Shown: positions 50,298 to 63,700 of the stretch, one piece after another | How positions within the stretch are numbered: position 1 is the first letter of the stretch | Layout of the letters: each line of letters begins with the position of its first letter | Origin: Amoebophrya sp. A120 | Taxonomy: Eukaryota; Protista; Dinoflagellata | Reading direction: 5' to 3' | Length of the DNA: 64,000 nucleotides | Assembly: GCA_905178155.1 (NCBI GenBank) | Contig: CAJINV010000008.1 | Span: 4,329,468 to 4,393,467 of the forward strand | Program-made: the position numbers and the translations under genes | The notes under the pieces: generated by a model | Told to the model about the DNA's origin: nothing | Database searches by the model: none | What the model saw: the letters and a program-made list of their open reading frames with translations, nothing else

Positions 50298-51470
50298 CAA
50301 GGGACCACACATCAACACGTTTCCGCGGGGAAACATGCCGCGACGGGGACCTACGGACGCGACGCAGGGCATTTTCTGAGGTACAGAGCGTCGCTGGGGA
50401 CCGCGCGGCACGCTTCGGGCGAAGCGTGTCGCGACGGGGACCTACGGAGAGACACGACACGAGGCTCATAGCTTCGCCGTCGCGTCGGCAGGGACCGTAT
50501 ATACGCTTCGCTTGAAGCATGCCCCAATGGGGGCCCAAGAGGTAGCACCAAACTCCTGTGGAGAGGGTGCCTGGGTCACACAGCAGGCTTCGTGGAAGCG
50601 TGGCGCGACGGGGGGACCACAGAGCGGACACCACACCCTTGCAGGGTTGGTGTCGACAGGGCCAGGGACCGCACAGCACGCTTTGTAAGAAGCGCGCCCC
50701 GAGGGGGACCTGCGGAGACCAACACACCACACCGAGCCGTAGTGGAGTTGATGTCGACGGGGACCACGAACACGCTTCGCAAAAGCGCGTCGCGATGGGG
50801 ACTCACGGAGACACGCGACACCAAACCTGTAGCAAGTTTGCAACACGCGTCGGCGGGGACCACGTGGCACGCTTCGCTTGAAGCGTGCCGTGATGGGGAC
50901 CTCCGACCTCCTCTGGAGGTGGCGTGAGGGCCACGCGGCGTGCCTCTGCTTCGTAGAAGCCCGCCGCGCTGGAGACTTCTCGAGCCGACACCAACCAAGC
51001 CTTGCGAAGTTGGTGCCGGAGGGGACCACACAGCACGCTTCGCAAGAAGCGCGCCGCGATGGAGACCTGCGGAGACGACACCAAACTCCCGCGGAGCTGG
51101 TGTCGACGGGGACCACGCAGCACGCTTCGCCTGAAGCGTGCCATGGTGGGGACCTACGCGGCAGCACAAAGCACCCTTGCAGGTGGTGCCACAGCGCCAC
51201 GCAGCATGCTTCGAGGAAGCGCGTCACAGTGTAGACCTGCGGAGCCGACACCAAGGCCCTGCGGAGTTGGTGGCAACGGGAACCACGCCGCACGCTTCGT
51301 TCAAAGCGTGTCGGGTGCGGGACCTGCGGAGACGACACCAGGGAGCTCCTGCTGCGGAGCTGGTGTCGACGGGGACCACGCTGCGCACCTAGCCAGATGC
51401 GTGCCGTGATAGGGACCTGCGCAGCGCGCTTCTCTCGAAGCGTGCCGTCACGGGGACGCGAGCACACGGC
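50298..51470. repeat. GC-rich degenerate tandem array (~90-bp unit) of two alternating hairpins
   Basis: Recurrent ggggacc anchors, hairpin 1 cacgcttc-N4-gaagcgtg, hairpin 2 gacacca...tggtgtc. Confidence 0.85.
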
Positions 51471-51689
51471 GCCAGGCCTCTGTCCGAGGCACTGGCGCTG
51501 TGCGGCAGGGGGCGCACGCGCTGCCATGTCGTGCAGATCTGCGCACAGCAGCAGCACTACCTTGGCGTGCGTGTCGCGCGCCCTCACTTGCTGCTCGCGC
51601 AAGTGGGACTCATTGATTTGTTGAGCGCGGCTTGCGGCCACGCCCCAACTGGGGCGCGGGTCGCGTGGCGGAGTGCGGTAACGCGCGTC

Positions 51690-52255
51690 ATCATTGGAGT
51701 GCACCTGCTTGCCAGCACATCCAACAAAGGCCTCCCGGGCGTGCAGCTCGGCTTGCGCCGCAGCACAGCCCGGGAAAGCGTTTCCGAAAACTCTCGCCCG
51801 CGCCTTCACTGGAGTGCACCTGCGTGCCAGCACCTCCAGATCCGACCTCCCGGGCGTGCACCTCGGCTTTCGCCGCAGCACCACCCGGGAGTGCGTGGCA
51901 GAGTATGGCCGGCGCGTCTTCACTGGAGTGCACCTGCGTGCCAGCACCTCCAGCTTAGACCTCCAAGGCGTGCACCTCAGCTCTCGCTGCAGCACCGCCC
52001 CGGAGTGCGTCGCATACATCTGCCGCCTCGCGCGCCTTCACTGGAGTGCACCTGCTTGCCAGCACCTCCAGGTCCGACCTCCCGGGCGTGCACCTCGGCT
52101 TTCGCCGCAGCACCACCCGGGAGCGCGTGGCAGAGTGCGATCTGCGCGTCTTCGCTGGAGTGCACCTGCGTGCCAGCACCTCCAGCTTAGACCTCTAGGG
52201 CGTGCACCTCAGCTTTCGCCGCAGCACCACCCCGGAGTGCGTCCCGCACATCTGC
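51690..52255. repeat. Tandem repeat, 5 units of 114-118 bp with A/B alternation
   Basis: tggagtgcacctgc at 51695, 51810, 51924, 52042 and 52156. Confidence 0.9.
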
Positions 52256-54799
52256 CATGGCTACTCTCTTTCATTTTCTTTTTGGTGATAAACGGCGCAG
52301 GGCCGCCGCGGGTGTGTACTTATTCCAAAGCCAGACCGTGCAACACCACACGCAGAGGGGAAACGACAACACGCGCCCGGCGCGCGCCGTTGCCCCTACA
52401 GCGGTGTCGCTCCCGTTAGCTGGCAGCGCTTAACCTCATTTCGCTATTGATCGATATGTTGGACGCGAAATACCATTTATTTGCAGCGAGCTTTTCTATC
52501 TGGTCGAACTTTTACACTCAATCGGACAGATGTTCCACCTTGTCAAGTATTTGCGCCGGTAAATCAGATGAACTTTTGTATCGCCTTTAACACCAGATAC
52601 CACAATGAGAATGGGCTTGATTTATCTTGGTAATTTTGATTTTACTATTGGATTTTCATCGCATTTTGGTGCTCTACAAATAAGTATTGTAATTTTATGT
52701 CAGCGCAAGAACTTGTTGTCGCGTTGGAGAGGCCATTAGCTCTCTTTCATCGAGAACTCCAATTCGTTGGTTCATTCTATTCACAGTGGAATAAAGTAGA
52801 AATGCTCTGAGATTGGTGTATTCACAAGTACAATTCACTTCACTTAACAGTATTCTTTCACTTTTGTTCGCAGCGCACCGAAGACGATCTGATAAACGAA
52901 AAGAGAACTTCGTTTTTCTTCCTTGTACAATAGCTCACAACAGAACTTTCATTCGTCAAATCTACAGCCTTTCTATCTCACCCAGTTTCAAATCAAATAC
53001 AAATCTATGCAGCAGGAAGTCGTCAGATATATGCCCTTCTTGATTTGTTTTTAGACAATTGCAAAATTTTCTTCGAGCTAATGTATTTTGGTTTCACGAG
53101 CCCGTGAAAAAGGCCATAATTCGAATTTTTGCCGGAATGTAATGCCAATGGTATTGCATGACCGCGCAACAGTAGCAGGCGGCGCCACGGACGCCAGGAA
53201 TTCAGGTACTACAAGAGGGCCTGATCCAGAATCACGGCGCAAGAGCTTTGTTTACTCGGGAAAAATGACCGAAAGTATGCGATGGCAGAACTTTTCTTAT
53301 TGTGATTGCCCGTGCCCGACACGGAAATCTATTAATTCTCATGGCTGCTTGTACAGGTGGCGAAGCCTGATCAACAGTACCGAAGTGCCACGAGCTTGCG
53401 CCTACTGTTCCTAATCCTGGTGGATAAGTTCAAAAATTCAACGAGAGGATACCTGATATGCCCCCATGCGAATTGCCTGTGTGTTTCGCTTGCGGATCTA
53501 AATTGCCCGGTATCTTCTTTTTCGAGATAGTGAAAGCGCTTAAGAACTTGAGAAGGTCGTTGTGTCCACAGAGGTTCTCCAGCTCTTGTCGTTGTTGTGT
53601 TGTTGGAGCCCTGTTTTATGGTTTCGTTGACGTCAAAGTTTTTTCAAGCCCATGGTGGGACGATGATGCAAGCGCTTCTCGATGCAAGTTTTCTGCAAAT
53701 CGACCACGAAGTAGCTTGCGAGTCTGTATTGATAAGAAACGCAAAAATAATGTCGGATTCGTTGTATGAGTATGAAACCCTAGATTACTCCTGTTTGACC
53801 TATTGCTATTAAGAAGTTGCGGAAAAAAGTCTTGCCAAGTGTCCCAAAATAACTGTACAAGCTTCACAAACGAATCTCTTGCTGAAACGCAAATAAAAAG
53901 CAATCCGAAGTTGAATTGATCTTGTAAACGTTATGGATTAATAAGCCACGACATTCCGCGAAAACCAAAGTAACTTACCGAGTTGCAAGTACAGCACTCT
54001 GTCAAACAATTTGAGTAGTGAGGAAGAGCACCTTCCCACTAGATCCAAAGCGATCTTGGAAATTCAAAGGCTGATGATGTACAACTAGATATATTATCAA
54101 TTTCAACGTGTATCTCCGAAAAGTACATACAATTCCAAAGCAAATTTTCACCAATCAAAAACGAAGATCCAAAAGAGGTGCATTTTTTTCACATCAAAGC
54201 ACGACTAGGTGTCGATTGCGATCAGACCGGCGCGTCCAAAGCGATCGCCAAGTCACGAATTCCGATGAGTCGTTGCTTTCTCTACCGATAATCTTTTTAA
54301 AATTCTGTTGCAAATGAATTAAGCGCACGAATCCTTTTTTTTTTGTATTTTTTCCGCAGCAATGACTGCTTCAAATTCAAAACCCCGCACGAGGTCCTCC
54401 GCTGTGGAGCGAAAGCAAATTTATCACCAGGGCAACGCAATTGCTTTACGACGACCACAGGAACGGGGTTTTTGCGATCATTGGAGTGGGCGACGAAGAA
54501 AGGCCCATTCGAGCCGGAGCTCGACCACAGAAGGGCGCTTTTTTTCCGAAAATTATTTTCCCGGTTACGTAAGAAGTGTGTGCGGGTTGAAAAGCTGCTC
54601 AAGAGCGCGCAGCTGGACGCACCTAGCAGAACTATTTTTCGCCCGAAGGAAACGCCGGAAGCGATGGCGCATCGACTCCGCGCGCACCACAGAAACTGTA
54701 ACAGAGGAGCCTACGCATCTGCAGCCGCGGTTTATTATCTCCCCACACACAATACGACTTTTGAACATATCGGCACGTCGTGCGAGGACGAGGAGTATC

Positions 54800-57700
54800 A
54801 TGCCTACAACGACCAGCTACTTTTTTCAGCCGGTGTTCCTGTTCATCGTTCTGCAGCTTCTTGTCCCCCGTCCGTCAGACGCTAATTACGGATTTTACAC
54901 TATTCTGAGTAAAAACGTACCCACACCAGAGTCAGGATGGGGATTTTGCAACACAAACCTAGGAGTTTTGTGAGTCACGCATGACAAGTTTCATTCCGTA
55001 AGGTAGTGCAAGTTAGCAAGGAAAGCCGCATCACAAATCGATCTGCTGATCCTGTTTACAGCATTACAAGTTCCCAAACACGATTGAAAATGCCTGTCAT
55101 GGGGTTGCGCATCACAAATGTTCCTGTCATGGCAAAGTCGCATGACAACTCTGGTGTGGGTACGTTTTTACTCAGAATATACACGTTTTCGTCTGCGATG
55201 AAGATGAAGGACACCATATTCTGCGTAAAAATGTACCTACAACTTGATCAAGATGGAAAATCTGCTACACAAATCAAGTACTCTTGAGATTCACGCGGGA
55301 GCAGTTTAGGTCCACAGCAGACGTGTGTTTAGCTTTACAGAAGGCCGCATTTTTTTGCCATATCGAGTAAGATGCGCTCGCAGGGGAAACCGCATGAGAC
55401 ACCCGCCATACATTTCAGATTGGCATGACGAATATAGGGTAGGTGCGTTTTTAGAGAGGATACGCGATCAAAATGCGGGAATACGAGCACGTTATGAGAA
55501 CTGTGGTTTCAAATCTGAACGCAACTGCAAGTGCAGCCTCTGCAGCACGGGTTTCTGCATTTTCGACGGCGACCTACCCGCTGCAAAAGTAACGTATTCG
55601 TATAAATTCAAAGTGCAGTCTCGCATGGCAGATCTTTTCCGCTACCTGAATCTGCATTAATTACAAATTCCATTTTCTTCCTTGCCGGAAAATTTATTTT
55701 CGTGCGATTTAATACACTACTAGTGCGATGCTTTTGCCATGTATACGACCACGACGACTACAACGACGACCATCGACGTGGCTAAATCTTCCGACGAGGA
55801 CTTTTTGGCAAGTGGTTCGATTTCCATATGAAATTGCAAAAAAAAACTCTTTTACCCCCGCCAGTTCATGACCTGAAGGAGCAAAATAAAGAGTGCAGTC
55901 ACTTCTGCATGATGAATCATTTCCGTACGGACTCATGTTATATTGGGAGTGCTCCTCCTGCAGTTTATCGATTTCAGGCAAGGCAGTCCTGCTCAAGGCC
56001 AACAGGGGCTGATGCGCAAATACTATTCTGCATGACAATGACAAGGCAACAAACTCCTGTGCTTTCTTTCGTCCGTTCGGCATGACAACCGTGGGGTACG
56101 ACGGGGAGTTGCGCAGAATATTCCATGGCAAGTATCGGCGAGGACCCAAGTAAAGACCACCACTACGCAACTGCTCCTCATCAAGACCAAGAATTTTTGG
56201 ATGCCGGCCCAACGGGTGCCGTCGACCGAGAAACTGCGACCACTTCCACGTATGGTTTTGGGCCAGAAGCGGACGTGCAGCCGGATGAAAATCAAAATGG
56301 GGCTCTTTCTCTGTCTTCTGGAGCTACAGTTTCTTCGTTTCTGGCCTCGACTTCTGCCGGGGAACCCCAGTGTGCCGACAGTGCGTACACGTCCAACACC
56401 TGCGGCCCCCGCACGGACGAGTGTTTCTCGGTGTGCGGCGTCCCCCCGGACGGGGGCGGGCACCTCGACCGGTTTGCTGGGTGGTGCCAAGCCTGCGTGG
56501 GGACTGTTAACAACCGTAAAGTGGCGGGGGCATGTTGCCGCAGGGACGGCAAGGACACGTACGACCCCGACGCGTGTCGCTACAGTGGGATCACCTTCAA
56601 GCACACGAACTATCACGAGTGCGTCGCAGTACCGGGCTGCTTGGCGGAAGCAGAAGTTGCGATTTCCGGGCGCGTGACAATTTCGTATGGGCCATCAACA
56701 GGATCGCAAGGTGCTCTCAAGTCACGAGCTTTTTGTGCGCGGGCACCGAACCAGCAGTGCCAGGACCTCACGGCGGCGCAAGATTTCACGACTGCTACCG
56801 GGAATGCTTCGTGCTTCAAGAAGAACGTCGGGAGGAAACCGGGTTCGGTATCTGGCACTAAAATAGCCTGGTGCCGACAGCAGTGCAATGCTTTGCCGGG
56901 GTGCAACTTTTTTTCATACAGCCATGCACCGACCGTCGGCGGATGCTTTCTTTTTGACGCCTGCCCTGACCGGTACGGCGCCCCTTACTTCGATAGCTCC
57001 CCCTTCAAGACATACGAATGCACGCCCTATCAGCGGTGCAAAGATTGGGAAGAGTCCGGGACGCTGATATGCCCGACCGGTCACAGGTACGACAGTTCCC
57101 GCGACGACGTGCGATGCGCCGGCGATATCTGCACACAGGCCGCAGACGAGCACACGTGCTGCGTTCCTCTGTGCAACTGCGGCTCGGTTGTTGCCAATGG
57201 GGTACGGACCTATTATCCCTGGAAAGCCAGCAAAAACGCGAATTCGCCCTGCACAGAAACCAACCCGACGGAAGCGAATTGCCGTGCCTTTTGCTGTCAA
57301 ACCGGATGCCAGGAGCCGGCTGAGGCGGACCAGGAGAAGTTCGCGAGCGGTCTAATGCTGAACACCATAGACTGGCCGGTGACGACGATGAGTGTCGCAC
57401 CGAGCGCGGCCTGGTCGCAGAACCTGGCTTGCCATACCGACTACGTGCGCGACTCCACAAAAGACAACCAGAACGCGCGGTGCGACCCGGCCAATAGTCC
57501 GCTGCAGTTGCAGGGATGCAACCCCGCGGTGTGTGCGTGCTCTCACGGCCAGCCGGGAGGCTCTTGTCCGCAGTGGGCCACGCAGCGCTGCGAGCCGGGG
57601 TCCTGCGACACTGATAGCTTCTACTTTTACCGCGGAAATTACCCCACTGTCAACAAGCCGTCCTCGACGAGGTTCACGCAGTTCCGCCAGTCGTCCTGCT

Positions 57701-60700
57701 GGCCGAGATGCACCCAAGCGGGGGTCTGCCAGAAGGTAAACGGCCGGCACTACCTTTTGAAAGACTCCACGGAGCCGTGGCACTCGGCGTCCACAGTACC
57801 TGCAAATTTTCAAGACATCTGCTGCCATGCAGGCTGTACGATTCCAGCTGCGGCCGCGCAAGACAGGTTTGTTTTGGACAGCATCACCACCTATTGAGTC
57901 GACGCACTGTGAGGAGACATAGATATCTACTTCCATTGTGATCAATGACACTTGTTCTATCTGTTTTCGCGCGCAGTTGGTAATATATAATTCCTGATGT
58001 GCATTTTTCCTGTCACGCAGCTGCCATCACCACGTTGATGGAAAAAAGTGTCGGGAGAAGCAACTGTTTCTGCGTGAAGTGAATTGCTCTCCCTTATTCG
58101 AATAGAACCTTGACTTTTTCTTGTAATGTACTACTTATTGCAGCTTCGCGTCGCAGAATTGGGAGGTGGAAACGGCAACGATGATGCCGGGCGCGACCTG
58201 GAGCCGCAACTATGAGTGTCACGTCGACTATGAGCGGGACTCGACGTATGACAACGCGAACGCCCGGTGCAATCCGGCCACCAGCCTGGCGATGGAGCTC
58301 CGCGGGTGCGTGATGGCGCAGTGCGTCTGCCACCACGGCAGCGCGACGGCCGAGTCCGAGTGCCCCGTGTGGGGCACGGAGATGTGCTTAGACACCAGCT
58401 GCGACACCGCGAATTACTATTTTTACCGTCCGAATTTCCCCATGACCACCCTGCCCGAGAGCACGCGCAAGACCAGCGCGTTTCAACAGGCGTCCTGCTG
58501 GCCCAAGTGTACCCAGGCAGGGGTCTGCGCCCAGCATAACGACGTCTACTACATTTTGCGGGACAGTGCGGAGTCCTGGGGCGCTACCAGGGACGCGCCG
58601 GCGGATTTTCGTGACATCTGCTGCCACACGGGGTGCAAGGTGCCCAGCGCGGAGGATCAGGAAAAGTAGAACTGTGTTAATTCGCTGCGACAGGAGAATC
58701 TGCGTTTGCATAAGAAACTCGAATGCTCTCCTCGTAAAAAGGCCGTTCTGATTGATATGTTCCGCGATCCTCTTTCAACGAGACAGGACCGCACGCTGTC
58801 TTTGTCTTTTTTGTGACCGCGGCGAAACATCACGCGGAACTGACCGAAAGTCATTGACTTGTGTTGCATGCTGAGTCAATTATTCAAGAGGAATAGACTG
58901 AAAAATCAAGAGGAACCAAATGTGTTGCATGCTAAAGACCATCGGCGCTTTTGATCAGGTCGTGGTTATTCATGGATGATTACTCAAAAAGCGACCCGCT
59001 CATATCAGGTTTGCCGCGCAAAATTGGAACACAGAGACCTCTACGATGCTGCCGGCAGACAGCTGGAGCCGAAACTATGACTGTCATGTGGACTTCGAGC
59101 GCGACTCTGCCGTGGATCATGCGAACGCGCAGTGCTGGATATGCAATACAAATCTAATATCGTAATCGTGCGAATTGAAATTGCATTGCAAAATTTCATT
59201 TGCTCTTGTTCTTTGAGAGGTTTAACCTTCAACGTGTACTGCCCGCAAGGCATAGAAACGCGTCCCGTCATGCAATAATCGCATTTTTTACGAATGCAAT
59301 GCTTGAGCTCCGGATACCAACCAAGCGCCAGCGAGAGAATGAAGCTCCGCGGCTGCGAAGTCGCACCCTGCGTCTGCTCTCACGGCTCGCACACAGCCGC
59401 CGTAAATTGTCCAGCGTGGGGCAAAGAAATGTGTGTAGCGAACAGCTGCGACGTATGCAAGCAAGAATCAAGGTGTGCGATCTAGTTCCAAGGGTCAGTG
59501 CTATTGCAGGGTATGGGGACGGCGCAGATGAGCAAAGCACGGTGACCACGACTCTAGGAGTCATCTTCTCTTCGCATCAAACAATAGCGCGCAATCTCAC
59601 TTGCGCAGACAATTGTCTCTCTGTGGAACTACGACAACACCAATTGCGCTTTCATACACCGAGGACAATTTCTACTTCTTCCGGCCCAATTGGCCGGTTG
59701 CCACGCCGCCGAGCGGAACGCGGTACCCGCCATCTTTCCAGCAGGCGTCTTGCTGGCCCCGCTGCACCCAGAGTGGGGTTTGCCAGAAGCACGAGGGAGT
59801 TTACTACATGCTTCGTGACAGCACCCAGCCGTGGGGTGCCTCGAAGCAGGTGCCGAGCAGCTTCAGGGACACGTGCTGCCACACCGGCTGCAAGGTGCCC
59901 ACAGCCGCTGCGCAGAAGAAGTATTTTTGGACAAGCTCGCTTCATGATAAGAAGAGATGGTTCAACTGTTGCATCAGGGACTTTGGCAAAGTACGGAGGT
60001 GGTGTAGAGAACGAATGTAGACCGGAAGTAAGCATCAAAGAATTTTCAAAGCAGAAAGTTAATTCTGTTCTTTTACATGATGGAGTTTGAAAAAATCGAG
60101 CATTAGGAAGGTTCAATTTGCGCCGACACATGAAACTATGATCATTGCTTCACGGTGCCAGAAATTCCCTCCAGGTTCGCCTCACAGGATTGGGAGTTCC
60201 AGACTTCGACCATGATGCCGGCCCCTTCCTGGAGCCGCAACTACGACTGTCACGCAGACTACGAGCGGGACCCGGCCAAGGAGAGCTTGAACGCAAAGTG
60301 CGACCCGGGTTCGCATTCCGAGATGCAGCTGCAGGGCTGCGAGCTGTCGCAGTGCGTCTGCGAGCACGGGTCCCACGTCTCTATGCCCGAGTGCCCGGTG
60401 TGGGGCACGCAGATGTGTCGGATCGGGTTTTGCGACGAGCAGAACTACTACTTCCACCGCGCCAACTACCCCGTCGTGGCACCCCCGGCCGGCACCCGGT
60501 ACGACAACAGCTTTCAGCAGGCCTCCTGCTGGCCACGGTGCACGCAGACCGGCGTTTGCGCAGCCGAAAACGGACTGTTTTACAGTCTGAAGGACGCGTC
60601 TGAGCCCTGGCACTCCGTGGCCACCACGCCCGCGGATTTCCGGTCGATCTGCTGCTACACTGGCTGTCGGCAACTCGCCGCGGCGGAGAAAAAGCGGTTT

Positions 60701-63700
60701 GCGTTGACGGAGCAAGAGTGGGTCGCGATCATGATTCACCCGGACATGCGGGCAGGTGGTCCGGGATACCAGTATGGGTCCTGCGCGACTGAGTACGAGG
60801 GGAGTGTGACCCAAAACACCGGTCTCGCAACGTTCATCTGCAATTTGGCCGACACGCCGATCGCCATCGGAAACAGCTGCAACCACTGGAAGTGCAAGTG
60901 CACGGGTGGCTTGCGCAACCAGGACTTCTCCACCTGCCCGGGCTACAATGTGGAAAATTGCGGCAAGTGCTACAACGCCAAGTACAAGCCACGCGTGGTG
61001 GACTCGATTGTTAGCCCCACAGGAAAAGAGACCCAGTGTTGGCGCTACTGCGAGGCGATCACCTGCAGCGACTTTGACGACCCGGCTACAAGCACTTACT
61101 TCCGGCCGAGGCTGGAAAACTTAGGCTCTCCGCACGGGCTGAGTGGGAAGCGAGTGGAGTTTTGCTCGGACCGGACGGGCACGGACGCGAATTGCCGGGA
61201 TTCCTGCTGCGTGCAGAGCTGCCGCAAACCCAGCTCCACGGTGGTGCAGAACATTTTCACCGTCACGCCCTCGTGGGACGAGCTGGTGCAATCTCCGGCC
61301 TTGTATCCGGGGTACGACGCCTGGACCACCAGTAGCGAGTTGAGCTACACCGGACCCGTGACGACCACGTCGACCACCAGCACTACAAGTTACTGGAACA
61401 AAACGCATTTAGTATCCTGAAAATTATGCTGCGAGTCACAGAGGCAGATCACAGGGGACTCGTTTAGGGCTCCTTTTTCGACTTAAATATCTTCAAATAA
61501 CTTTTCGCCAAAATGATCTTTGTCTTGCAGTCTGTAAGCTGTACTAGGAAAGCGATGCGTTTGTGTGCCATACCAGCACAAGCTCGACAACTTTCACCCA
61601 GACCACCTCAACGAGTACCACCTCAACCACTTCCACGACCACCACCACGACAACGTCCACGACTACTTATCAGAGGAAAATCAACAAAGAGGTCTTGAAC
61701 AGAAGAAAACACCTAAGTATTTCTCTGGTGGTCTATGCGGCTCTCATCCTGTTCAAACCAAGAAAATCAAAAGTACTGCGTCGCCATGGTTTTTCAGACA
61801 ATGACCACGTTTGTTTTGATACTTGTCGGCAGTTTCACAACGCGCTATCCCGAACTGTCGGAAGGCTAGTACGTGCGAGCGAGACAAAGTGCAGCACTGA
61901 TGCATGCTCAAAATGCGCAATAAAAAGCTTAGACGTTTGATGTTCCTGCAGGAAAGCATTTTCCTCATCTCCATACACGTACAACCGTTACCACCTCGTA
62001 TCACGAGGAACTAAAGCTTGGGTCCCCCAACCTCCAGTTGAAAAATACTCTGGGCGGATAAAAGTTTCTTAGCACCAAAATACCGAGTTTAAGTGCGCGG
62101 CAGGGTGAAAAGAAACGAACAGGTGTGGCTCGACGTGCAGTATACAGGAAATTTATTTTTTGCATTGCTCTTCATCCTGAATGTACAGGTACTCGCGCAG
62201 CACTCATGGTGGAAGTGTAGTGCACAGTACTAAAATCATTAACCTTCGTGACAGTGAAGCACGTAAAAGAACCAACATCAGTTGGAGTATCGTGTGGGAC
62301 TGGGTTTTTTTTCCGCCTGATACATCGACCACGACTACCACAACTACGGAGACCATAATGCGGGCTTTTGACCTGGATTTCACTGTGGACACGGGCGTAA
62401 TTCCAGAACACCAAATTTCGCAGCTCGGTGCGAATACCGCGGTCGTCGAGGCGGTCAAAAACGCAACCTTGGCTTATCTGGAAAAAGACGGGAACATCAA
62501 GCTGGACAAAGCCGATCTCCAGTTGTTTACCGTGACCGCAGGGACGCCAAGTAGCAGCTCGAGTGCAATCTCGGCTTCTTCTGCCGCCCTGAGTGCAGCG
62601 GCCTTTCTGGAGGACGAAGAGGAATTTGCTCTTAGCAACGGCCGTAGTTTCCTCGCGGACTCCGCCGCCCGCAGGCTCCGGCGCGCTACCATGACGGTGG
62701 CGCTCTCCATCGCTTTCACGGCGATCGTTCGCAGTGCTCCAGCCGGCTACGTCTATCAGGCAGCGCCAGACTTGGCGGGGCTCGTGGCAGCAGAAAATTT
62801 GCGCAGTGCGAATTTGAAATCGGCGCTGACCGTCGGCGGGAAAAAGGAAGGAAGCCGGTACGAGGAATTCACCTACGAGGCTTGGATCTACCCAACGAGG
62901 GAAGATGCAAACCGCAAAGAAATTTTCGGCGGCATAGCGCGAGGCTTTTATCTAATTCGTGCTGAGGGGCCGGATGTGTGGAATGCGGCGTGCAAAACTG
63001 GCTCCGTGTACGACAGGTACCAGCCAAGGAACGTTCTCATGCGGAGCCCCATGAGAAGCATTTCCTGCTGGTGTTTTAGAATCTGTAATGCGCCAATTAG
63101 CATAGTAGGCTAGATTTGTGATGCTGCTGAAGAACGAGCTAAACGGGATTACACCACCAGGCCAAAGAACTTGTCATGCGCAACAACCTAACCTTGTTGA
63201 TTTGTGTAGCAGTTTTTCCCATTTGACTATGGGGTGGGGACGCTTTTACTCAGGATACCGGAGTCTGCGTATTTTCCGTGGTCTGCACCTGCGAGTGCGC
63301 GTTCTTCATGTTCGATTTCACGGCCGTACGCATATGCATTGCAAAAGTACCGCACTCGTATATATTCCAGTCATGCATGACAAAGCTCTTTCCGAACCTG
63401 AAACAGCATTACAAATGCTACTCTTGTTCTTGCCGAAATTTGTGATGCAATCTATACTAGCACGATGCTGTTGCATTGCATAACGCAGCAGCGCCAGCAA
63501 ATCCGTGACTACGGTGGTGCGCTGCTGCAGTGTCAGGGCGCCGCGAATTCGTTCTGAGACGTGCTCCTTATGATCTCCCTCCAGTTGCGTTATTTTCATG
63601 TACCTCTCGCCGACGGCCAACAGCGCCTGCAGTGCGCGCTGCTTGACTTCTTTGGGTAAGTTATCATGTGTAAAAACGTCCCCACCCCAGCAGAGTTGTC

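Noticed and set aside
50466-52019. 517-aa minus-strand ORF and overlapping ORFs
   Set aside because: All frames are open because of GC-rich repeats. The translations are not protein-like and unit lengths shift frame.
50298-52255. CRISPR-like array
   Set aside because: The units are degenerate over their whole length with no unique spacers, no cas genes are present, and the context is eukaryotic.
52440-54780. Possible decayed coding or transposase sequence
   Set aside because: Only short ORFs with no recognisable motif or termini.
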